In this document: piece by piece, positions 17,055-24,166 of the stretch
Position numbering within the stretch: position 1 is the first letter of the stretch
How the letters are laid out: each line of letters starts with the position of its first letter
Assembly (NCBI GenBank): GCA_964590575.1
Contig: CAZPWM010000035.1
Coordinates: 6,309-30,474, forward strand
Length of the DNA: 24,166 bases
Origin: an uncultured archaeon
Lineage (GTDB): Archaea > Asgardarchaeota > Thorarchaeia > Thorarchaeales > Thorarchaeaceae
Direction: 5' to 3'
Program-made: the position numbers and the translations under genes
The notes under the pieces: generated by a model
Told to the model about the DNA's origin: nothing
The model's database searches: none
The model's input: only the letters and a program-made list of their open reading frames with translations

Positions 17055-18257
17055 TTACATTAAAGGTGCATCTTGCCCATCGTATTTGAAACGGAAACCC
17101 GTGTCAAGGTTGACACTTTCCTTGAGGATTGCATTTCCAGCCACTAACCGCTGAACTTCATTAGTACCCTCATATATTTGGAGAAGTTTCGCATCTCTCA
17201 TTAACTTCTCCGCAGGATACTCTTCAATGTAACCATAGCCTCCCATGATTTGAACACATTCGATTGCATTCTGCATTGCTGTGTCAGATGCGAAGAATTT
17301 GGCAAATGCAGAATCTTTGGAATTTGGTAAACCCTGATCTGCTAACCACGCAGCATAACGTGTTTGCCACCTTGCAGCAGCTGTTTTAGCTCCCATGTCT
17401 GCAAGTTTGAAGCTGATACCTTGGAACTTACCGATGGCTTGTCCGAACTGATGACGTATATTAGCAAATTTTGCTGCCTCGTCTACAGCACGTTGGGCTA
17501 CCCCAGTAGCAATCGCAGCAATTCCCGCTCTTGTCTTATCTAGAGTCATCATGGCAATCTTGAACCCATCTCCTTCTTTCCCAACAAGACAATCTTTAGG
17601 GACTCGTGCATCTTCGAAGATTACCTCACATTGGATAGAGTTGAGTTGACCTACTTTGTTCTCAATATGTCCAACTTTCACATTCTTGCTTTTTGGTACC
17701 ATGAAGACTGAAATTCCTTTATGTTTTAGTTCTGGCTGAGTTGATGCAAATACTGTGAAAAGTGATGCAACGGACCCATTGGTGCTCCAGCATTTCATAC
17801 CATTTAGCACATATTCGTCCCCATCGCGAACTGCTTTTGTAGCAACCGCGGCTGCATCAGAACCTGCTTTTCTCTCCGTTAAACAAAATGATCCGAATTT
17901 GGCGTCTTTTCCTGTAATTAACGGTTCAACATATTTCTTTAGTTGTTCTGTAGTTGCGCCAATAACTAGAGGAGCGAATGCAAGATTATTGCACATTATT
18001 GATGTTGCAATTCCTGCACCGCCGTACCCTGTTGCTTCGGAAACCAAGGTTTCTGCAAGTAGCGACAGACCTGGTCCACCTGCATCAGTTGGAATGTGTA
18101 GGTTCATCAAACCAGCTTCATATGCTTTTTGAACCACATCTCTAGGAAATTCATTCTTCTTCTCCAGCTCACGAGCTCGAGGAGTTATATGTTCATGAGT
18201 GAAAGATTTTGCTCTCTCCCATAACTTTTGTTCTTTTTCAGATAGTGAGAAGTCCAT
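17055..18257 (-). CDS. Acyl-CoA dehydrogenase
   Basis: FCLTERKAGSD, LNGMKCWSTNG, RHQFGQAIGKFQ, QIMGGYGY, RDAKLLQIYEGTNEVQR (catalytic Glu). Start ATG 18257 or TTG 18263. Confidence 0.96.
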   Translation of the reverse strand: MDFSLSEKEQKLWERAKSFTHEHITPRARELEKKNEFPRDVVQKAYEAGLMNLHIPTDAGGPGLSLLAETLVSEATGYGGAGIATSIMCNNLAFAPLVIGATTEQLKKYVEPLITGKDAKFGSFCLTERKAGSDAAAVATKAVRDGDEYVLNGMKCWSTNGSVASLFTVFASTQPELKHKGISVFMVPKSKNVKVGHIENKVGQLNSIQCEVIFEDARVPKDCLVGKEGDGFKIAMMTLDKTRAGIAAIATGVAQRAVDEAAKFANIRHQFGQAIGKFQGISFKLADMGAKTAAARWQTRYAAWLADQGLPNSKDSAFAKFFASDTAMQNAIECVQIMGGYGYIEEYPAEKLMRDAKLLQIYEGTNEVQRLVAGNAILKESVNLDTGFRFKYDGQDAPLM

Positions 18258-18406
18258 CGTCAATCGAATTTGGATGTCCGTATCCTCTTTTTATGTCTTG
18301 GGAGCTACCACGTATCACTCCCTTTCTTGAAAAGCTCTCATGCCCCTACATTTTTGTACTAGTAATATTCGTGGCGGAGTGTAATTTATAGAGGTGAAAT
18401 CACTAG

Positions 18407-19579
18407 TTGCCACTAAAGAACACGAACATTGTTAGTGCAGCCCAGACGAAATTTGGAGCTCTTGAGGGTGTGACCCTCAGAGAGATGTTTTCTGAGGCTG
18501 TTGATAAAGCAACAATAGAGGCTGGTATCCCTAAGAAGGACATCCAAGCAGCTTTCATTGGAAGCTTCATTCCTGAGATGCTGGTCCATCAAGGACACAC
18601 TGCCCCTCTGCTTCTTGACTTTGCTGGAATGAAAGGACTGCCCGCAACACGTCATGAAGCTGCGTGCGCTTCTGGTGCCACCGCACTACGAGCGGCAGTG
18701 ATGGCGATTGAATCTGGAATATATGACACGGTTCTGGTTGCAGGTGTTGAAAAGATGACGTCCGTGTCAACAAGTGGTGCTACAGAAGCTTTGGCAGCTG
18801 CAGCAGATGACCAGTTTGAATCTAGTATTGGTCTGACATTCCCGGGTGTATTTGGGATTGCTGCGGTCGCTCACATGCAAAAATACGGCACAACTGAAGA
18901 GGATCTAGCAAGGGTTGCTGTTAAAGCTCATAAGAATGCTTCCACAAATCCCTTGGCTCAGTTCCAGAAAGAGATCACACTAGAAAAGGCGCTAACTCCC
19001 CGTTATATTGCTTGGCCATTGAAACTCTTTGATTGCTCTCCAATATCGGATGGAGCGGCAGCACTTGTAGTGACATCTAATGAGAAGGCAAAGAAGTATA
19101 CAGATCTCCCGGTGAAGATTGCTGGAACTGGTCAGGCTTCAGCGTCAATGAATCTATGTGACCGTTCTGACCTAACATCATTCAGTGCCTCTGTTGACGC
19201 GAGTAGAGAGGCCTACAAGATGGCAAGACTAGAGGCCAAGGACATGGATTTTGCAATAGTCCATGACTGCTTTACAATCGCTGAGATTATTGCCAGTGAG
19301 GACATTGGTTTCTTCAAACCCGGTGAAGCAGCAAAAGCTGTCCGTGATGGTGTGACTGCACTAGACGGTGACCGACCAATCAATCCTATGGGTGGATTGA
19401 AAGCGGTTGGCCATCCAGTTGGTGCAACTGGTGTGAAACAAGCTGTGGTTGCCTATAGAGAACTCATTGGTGATGCAGGACCCAATCAGGTTGCCAAGCA
19501 CGATACTGCTGTTGTCCATAATTTTGGAGGTACAGGAGCCTCTTGTGTGGTCACTGTAATGAGGAGGGGTGACGCATGA
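18407..19579 (+). CDS. Thiolase (archaeal/SCP2-type acetyl-CoA acyltransferase)
   Basis: EAACASG nucleophile Cys, CSPISDGAAA, VHDCF, GHPVGATG; TTG start after GAGGTGA. Confidence 0.95.
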   Translation: MPLKNTNIVSAAQTKFGALEGVTLREMFSEAVDKATIEAGIPKKDIQAAFIGSFIPEMLVHQGHTAPLLLDFAGMKGLPATRHEAACASGATALRAAVMAIESGIYDTVLVAGVEKMTSVSTSGATEALAAAADDQFESSIGLTFPGVFGIAAVAHMQKYGTTEEDLARVAVKAHKNASTNPLAQFQKEITLEKALTPRYIAWPLKLFDCSPISDGAAALVVTSNEKAKKYTDLPVKIAGTGQASASMNLCDRSDLTSFSASVDASREAYKMARLEAKDMDFAIVHDCFTIAEIIASEDIGFFKPGEAAKAVRDGVTALDGDRPINPMGGLKAVGHPVGATGVKQAVVAYRELIGDAGPNQVAKHDTAVVHNFGGTGASCVVTVMRRGDA

Positions 19580-19965
19580 GTGAGAAACCGACAGTAGAAC
19601 AATATCTGAAGAACATTGAGGAAGGAATGTTCAAGGCTTATCGATGTGTGGATTGTGGGATGGTAATTGCTCCCCCATCAGGGACCTGCTATGGTTGTGG
19701 AAGCAGTAACATGGAATGGACTGAAGTCAGCGGAAAGGGCAAGCTTGTGTCCTTCACTGTCATCCATGTTGCACCGGATGAGTTTGCTGAAGAAATACCA
19801 TACTACATCGCTATTGTTGAGCTAGAAGAGGGAACTCGAGTGAGTGCTAGACTTCTTGGATTTGATCCACTCAAACCAGAAGAGATTGTTCTCGGGATTC
19901 CTGTCATCCTCGATTACGAGAAGGGCAAGTCTGGGAAGACATACTTGGCTTTCAAACCAGCATGA
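19576..19965 (+). CDS. Zn-ribbon/OB-fold DUF35 family thiolase partner
   Basis: CVDC...CYGC, SGKGKLVSFTVIH, PYYIAIVELEEG; ATGA overlap with the thiolase stop. Confidence 0.93.
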   Translation: MSEKPTVEQYLKNIEEGMFKAYRCVDCGMVIAPPSGTCYGCGSSNMEWTEVSGKGKLVSFTVIHVAPDEFAEEIPYYIAIVELEEGTRVSARLLGFDPLKPEEIVLGIPVILDYEKGKSGKTYLAFKPA

Positions 19966-19973
19966 TTATGATT

Positions 19974-20011
19974 GGGGTTTCATATTTAGAAACCCCCATC
20001 CTCTTCTTTTT
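19974..20011 (+). terminator. Stem-loop plus pyrimidine tract after the thiolase-DUF35 operon
   Basis: GGGGTTTC-atattta-GAAACCCC (19974-19996), then catcctcttcttttt. Confidence 0.6.
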
Positions 20012-20063
20012 GCAGAAGCTCTATAATGTCCCACGTATCATTCAGAGAAGAGGTCAGAGCTAG

Positions 20064-21023
20064 TTGGTTGAGAAAAAGTTCACTGACAAACTGCGAGTCA
20101 AAGTCCCTCTACATAAGATTAGATTCGATGAGCATGAATTTGGCATCTCAGCTGAGTTCGACAAACATCTACTTAAGAAACACTTACCACGGACTCAAGG
20201 AATTGTCAAAGGTGACAGAATCCTTGCCGACACACTCAGCACGGTGATGCCTGATGCAACTCGTGAGGCGCTTCGTGAAACTGAGTTTGTAGGAGTCTTT
20301 GGTCGAGTAGTGAAACAGAAGGGTTCCGGAGGTGGAGTTTGTCTTCAGTACTTCTATGTGTGGGACTATCAGGCTGTGCCTGCACATGAGGCTGATTATG
20401 AACCCATTTTCATTTACTTAGATGGACCTCGTAAGTATGCTATCTATGACCTAGTGCATTACTGCTCGCGTCGTGTCAATCTTGAATCAGACATGTCATT
20501 CCGAATGATACCCGGATGGCACTCTTTCCTTCCAGCTAACCTGAAAGATTCCGAGATTGATAAGGGACTAGAGGTTCAACCACTCTCAGATGCGCATCTC
20601 CGGTCTTGGTGGTCTATTCAAGATGAGGAAGCCCGTCTGAAAGTAGAGGGATTCATTCGTGATCCATTCATGTTAGAGGCGCCAGGACATTTCATGGACA
20701 TGCCCGATGAAAATGCTCAAACAATATGTTGCTCATTCCTGCAGATTGAAAGAGCACTGAATGAATTTGAAGACCCTCGCAAAGGTATTGTTGAAGGAGT
20801 CAAACGAGCTTTTTCCAATTGCGTAGGATTGCTAGCACTCTATCGCTTAGGGGCATACCTCCAGTTACTTGGTGAGATGAATGACATTGGAATGGTTAAC
20901 TTTCCAGTTTCACTCAGTTCTATTAATATAGCAACAATCGGGAAGATACTGCAAGATGGTTTTGTCTCACTGACAAAAGCGGGAAAGAAGATCTTAGATG
21001 GGGCTCACACATCTGACTCTTAA
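20064..21023 (+). CDS. Hypothetical protein with a Vps62/NPP1-like motif
   Basis: 319-aa ORF; TTG start with GAGGT upstream; LQYFYVW...HEADYEPIFIYL motif. Confidence 0.7.
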   Translation: MVEKKFTDKLRVKVPLHKIRFDEHEFGISAEFDKHLLKKHLPRTQGIVKGDRILADTLSTVMPDATREALRETEFVGVFGRVVKQKGSGGGVCLQYFYVWDYQAVPAHEADYEPIFIYLDGPRKYAIYDLVHYCSRRVNLESDMSFRMIPGWHSFLPANLKDSEIDKGLEVQPLSDAHLRSWWSIQDEEARLKVEGFIRDPFMLEAPGHFMDMPDENAQTICCSFLQIERALNEFEDPRKGIVEGVKRAFSNCVGLLALYRLGAYLQLLGEMNDIGMVNFPVSLSSINIATIGKILQDGFVSLTKAGKKILDGAHTSDS

Positions 21024-21031
21024 GACAATGA

Positions 21032-21778
21032 TTACGCTTCAATACTGTCTTTTGAAACTAGAGAGTTCCAATCAATTCTAACAAGCGCGTATATAGCAAC
21101 AATCACCAGCAGAACGCTTGATACCTCGACAATTCGGGAGAGAATGCTCAAAGGATTCGTGCTTCCTAGAATGGAACCCACAAAATCAAGACCTATCCTT
21201 CCAGACCAGGAGATTCCTATCAAGAACATCGTTTTTCCAATTAATTGTGCTAATGCAACTTTCCACCATGAATAGCGTGCAGCTCCCAAAGGGACAACCA
21301 ATACATCATCAGGTATAGGTGTAGCTGCAAGAAACCAAACGACAAATGGAGTTGCTTTCGGATGCAAGTCAACAAATTCCTTGAATGCATTGGTTTGACT
21401 CTTGTCGATCAGTTTCCCTCCTCCGTATCCTATGAAGTACCCTGTCATCTCACCAATCATAGCGCCAATGCCTGCAACGACACCAATTAACCAAGGGTCG
21501 AAAACAAATGCCATCGTTATCTCATCCCTGAGACCTCCAAGTATGAAAGCTACTCCTATGTATGGAAAGGGAACTAGTATTGTTGCATTTCCTACGAATG
21601 ATATGAAAAATGCACCTAGGTACCCAAGAAGAAGTGAAAAATCTAACAACCAGTTGTAGATTACACCAAAGGGACTAACAAGATCGGGAAGCATTATACT
21701 TAGGACTAGGTAGACTAGAATAATGATCACTGACAGTAATAACAATCTGTCCGAATTTCTCATCGCGTTCCAATCCAC
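21032..21778 (-). CDS. DedA/VTT (SNARE-associated Golgi protein) family membrane protein
   Basis: GNATILVPFP, GAMIGEMTGYFIGYGG, ATPIPDDVLVVPLG, LIGK; GTG start. Confidence 0.88.
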   Translation of the reverse strand: MDWNAMRNSDRLLLLSVIIILVYLVLSIMLPDLVSPFGVIYNWLLDFSLLLGYLGAFFISFVGNATILVPFPYIGVAFILGGLRDEITMAFVFDPWLIGVVAGIGAMIGEMTGYFIGYGGGKLIDKSQTNAFKEFVDLHPKATPFVVWFLAATPIPDDVLVVPLGAARYSWWKVALAQLIGKTMFLIGISWSGRIGLDFVGSILGSTNPLSILSRIVEVSSVLLVIVAIYALVRIDWNSLVSKDSIEA

Positions 21779-21875
21779 TACTTTAGACCTTTCCTAGTCA
21801 GGATAAGAACATTGCCACAAGAAGGCTGGTAACTTTAAGTGGTGGGTATAGCACAACAATTCAGGTCGAAATAGA

Positions 21876-23141
21876 ATGAGAGTTCACCTGCGATATGGAG
21901 ATAGGTCTCTTCCGCTCGAGTTGAGTGAAAGGTACTCCATAGAGCAGGTCGTTGCTCAGTCTGTTACCAAGCATCCCAATATACCTTCGGAGTTGCTCAG
22001 AGTCATTGAATCTCCCATCGATTCAATCCCCTTCTCGCAGAAGGTATCTGAGGTCGACTCAATTGTAATCGTCGTTAACCGAATAGAACATCATGAACTT
22101 ATGGAGGAACTTTTGCATTCGCTGCTTAACAGTGTCGAGACTTTCTCCTTCAATCCTGACAACGTATCAATCATCTATCCGCTCTTCTCCGAAGAACGAA
22201 TTGCGAAGACGGAGGTGGATGATTTCCTTGGCAATCCAGAATCTAGAGGCCATTTACTCATCCTTCACAATCCAGATGCCAGAGCAAATCACAAAATAGT
22301 TGGTGAAACACCTAGCTACTCAACGCCAGTTCATGTAAACGAGCTATTCCTCTATGCAGATATGAAGATTGGCTTGGGCGAGATCCGACCTGATGTTTTC
22401 TATGGTGCAACCGGTGGACGGATGTCAGTTATGCCAAGTGTTTCAGGAACACGGACCATAACTCGAAACGCAAAACTGCGAGTCACTGATGATATTGGTC
22501 ATTTTAAGTTAGATACGCCTTCATGTATCGATATGAAGGAGATCTCACAACTTGCTGGTTTAGATTTCATTGTCAACTCGGTGTCAGACTGGCAAGGAAA
22601 TCTGGCTCATATTGTTGCTGGAAATCCGTTCACTTCTTGGCAATCAGGTGTAAACTCTGCTATAAGTCTGGCAAGAGCAGAATATAGTAAGCATGCAGAC
22701 ATTGCGATAGTGAGTGCAGGCGGCACGCCTCATGACGCAACTCTTTATGATGCAATTGACAGTCTCTATCCAGCTTGCGAAGTCACCGAACACGGAGGGT
22801 CTATTGTCCTACTAGCTGAGTGCGGTAGTGGGGTCGGTCCCAATGGGTTTATCCGTGGCATGTCAGAGTTTTCATCAGAAGAAGAAGTTCTAAACGCCGC
22901 AGATCTTCATTTTGAGATTGGTCTTGAAAAGGCTCGTTTCTTCTGGAACGTGTTGAATTCGAGAAAAGTTGTGATTTGTTGTAGACTTCGTGAGTCATTG
23001 GTAGAAGAAAAATTGCATTGTACTGCTGTGAAAGATCCGCAAGAAGGTTTCGAGGCGGCTCAAAGCATGCTTGCCTCAAGCAAGAAAGTTGCTATTTTAA
23101 ACGATGGTCTGCGTACTACCCCTAAATTGTCCTATCATTAA
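21876..23141 (+). CDS. Lactate racemase (LarA/DUF2088) family homolog with substituted active site
   Basis: LRYG N-terminus, ESPIDS, HNPD, GETPSYSTPVHVN, GGRMSVMP, ADIAIVSAGGTPHDATLY, GGSIVLLAECGSGVG; length matches LarA. Confidence 0.85.
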   Translation: MRVHLRYGDRSLPLELSERYSIEQVVAQSVTKHPNIPSELLRVIESPIDSIPFSQKVSEVDSIVIVVNRIEHHELMEELLHSLLNSVETFSFNPDNVSIIYPLFSEERIAKTEVDDFLGNPESRGHLLILHNPDARANHKIVGETPSYSTPVHVNELFLYADMKIGLGEIRPDVFYGATGGRMSVMPSVSGTRTITRNAKLRVTDDIGHFKLDTPSCIDMKEISQLAGLDFIVNSVSDWQGNLAHIVAGNPFTSWQSGVNSAISLARAEYSKHADIAIVSAGGTPHDATLYDAIDSLYPACEVTEHGGSIVLLAECGSGVGPNGFIRGMSEFSSEEEVLNAADLHFEIGLEKARFFWNVLNSRKVVICCRLRESLVEEKLHCTAVKDPQEGFEAAQSMLASSKKVAILNDGLRTTPKLSYH

Positions 23142-23142
23142 A

Positions 23143-23445
23143 CTATGGACTGTCAAATAGTGCATCAACTGCGTCCATTGCACCTTTGGCTTCATCTACA
23201 CTGAATTCGGGAAGATCTCCAATCTTGGCTATCTTGATTGTGACCACTGCATCCTCATTGCGTGGCTCCATCTCCCATGACATGTCTATCCCTGGTTGCT
23301 CTGTAATAAACTGCCCGAGCATATTTACCCAGGCTTCTTTGACATCATCTATTTTCAGATAGATGAACTCCATGAGCGGAACTGTGATTTCCACCTTTAG
23401 GATGCGCCCGTCAATCATATTGTAATTCTCAATGTTCCATGGCAT
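23143..23445 (-). CDS. Hypothetical 100-aa protein
   Basis: ATG 23445 (MPWNIENY...) with GGTG upstream; the longer ORF-track start overlaps the upstream gene. Confidence 0.65.
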   Translation of the reverse strand: MPWNIENYNMIDGRILKVEITVPLMEFIYLKIDDVKEAWVNMLGQFITEQPGIDMSWEMEPRNEDAVVTIKIAKIGDLPEFSVDEAKGAMDAVDALFDSP

Positions 23446-23521
23446 CGCTGAGCACACCGTCAAACCAATCTGTGAAGTAGATAAGTGTTCTTGGCTCGAA
23501 GGATTGTCAAATTGCTGAGGA

Positions 23522-24166
23522 CTAGTCTTCTGTCTCCTCGTCTTCCGCAATCTTCTCTCTCAATTCTTTCACAAATTCGTCCAATTCACCGTCTTCTTCC
23601 TTATCCTCATCGGCTCTCGCAACAAGAAGCGATTCAACATCTTGAACAAAAGCTTCCATTGGATCCGGTTCGGGCTCTGGTTCTTCTACAATTTCTTTGT
23701 GAGGCTCATCAATTACTTCTTCAGTAAGTTCTTCGAATTCGAGTTCTTCAGCCATTTCAGGAGGGGCTTTTTCAGGTTCAGTTTCATCTTGAGGTTTTAG
23801 TTGATCAACCTTGATTGAGGGCCCAGCCCTAGAGTCATCGGAACCATTCACAAGAGTTAGTCCTTGACGTTGAAGAATTGTCTGAATGCCAATAGGTATG
23901 ATGATTCCCCTATCTTGGAGAACGAGAAGCCGGTCAAGTACTTCTGCTTCACTCTTGTCTAACATCTCAGCTAGAGGTGATAGTAAATTCTTGATGTAGA
24001 ACTCACTCTTTTCATCTCGTACTGCGCCAATATAGTCTAGAATCCTAGCATCCATTTTGTTTACTTTCTGCGTGGGTCCAAATCTATGTGGCAGGTGCCA
24101 TGCATAATTGAATGCGGAATTCAATGTTGCTACAACCCATTCGGGGTCAAAACAATCAATAAGTCC
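23522..24166 (-). CDS. Hypothetical protein, 5'-truncated; winged-helix-like segment plus acidic tail
   Basis: Frame open to the window end (GLIDCFDPEWVVATLNSAF...). LAEMLDKSEAEVLDRLLVLQDRGIIIP resembles a wHTH; E/D/P-rich C-terminus. Confidence 0.75.
   Translation of the reverse strand, partial: GLIDCFDPEWVVATLNSAFNYAWHLPHRFGPTQKVNKMDARILDYIGAVRDEKSEFYIKNLLSPLAEMLDKSEAEVLDRLLVLQDRGIIIPIGIQTILQRQGLTLVNGSDDSRAGPSIKVDQLKPQDETEPEKAPPEMAEELEFEELTEEVIDEPHKEIVEEPEPEPDPMEAFVQDVESLLVARADEDKEEDGELDEFVKELREKIAEDEETED

Noticed and set aside
23446-23550. N-terminal extension of ORF 23143..23550
   Set aside because: Overlaps the upstream gene; ATG 23445 has a GGTG motif.
1927-23727. Many short antisense or alternate-frame ORFs in the track (e.g. 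3374..3703, 15762..16190, 17755..18132, 21402..21659)
   Set aside because: They lie within well-supported CDSs and show no motifs; they are shadow ORFs.
1-24166. CRISPR arrays, tRNA/rRNA, transposases, integrases, defence genes
   Set aside because: No regularly spaced nucleotide repeats, cloverleafs or diagnostic protein motifs were seen by eye.

Overview
Gene-dense prokaryotic window with archaeal character (archaeal-type thiolase plus DUF35 pair, GGTG/GGAG ribosome-binding motifs, frequent TTG starts, acidic low-complexity tails). The gene content and eukaryote-like proteins suggest an Asgard archaeon, possibly Thorarchaeia; this is inference, not proven. About 20 CDSs: MBL hydrolase (partial), NadE, membrane proteins, a eukaryote-like vWA protein, OsmC, a Zn-finger protein, gamma-class carbonic anhydrase, a nitroreductase/DUF6125-like/DRE-TIM synthase operon, acyl-CoA dehydrogenase, thiolase with Zn-ribbon OB protein, a Vps62/NPP1-like protein, DedA, a degenerate LarA homolog and hypotheticals. 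The standout is a ~2500-aa protein (3805-11316, minus strand): signal segment, two FG-GAP/VCBS-type beta-propellers, 13 Ig-like domains, seven predicted TM helices with N-out/C-in topology, and an acidic cytoplasmic tail. This is an adhesion-receptor (adhesion-GPCR-like) architecture. Also notable: a structured intergenic element upstream of osmC and an unannotated 37-aa ORF. No rRNA, tRNA, CRISPR array or transposase was seen. All family calls are by-eye motif recognition; no database searches were run.
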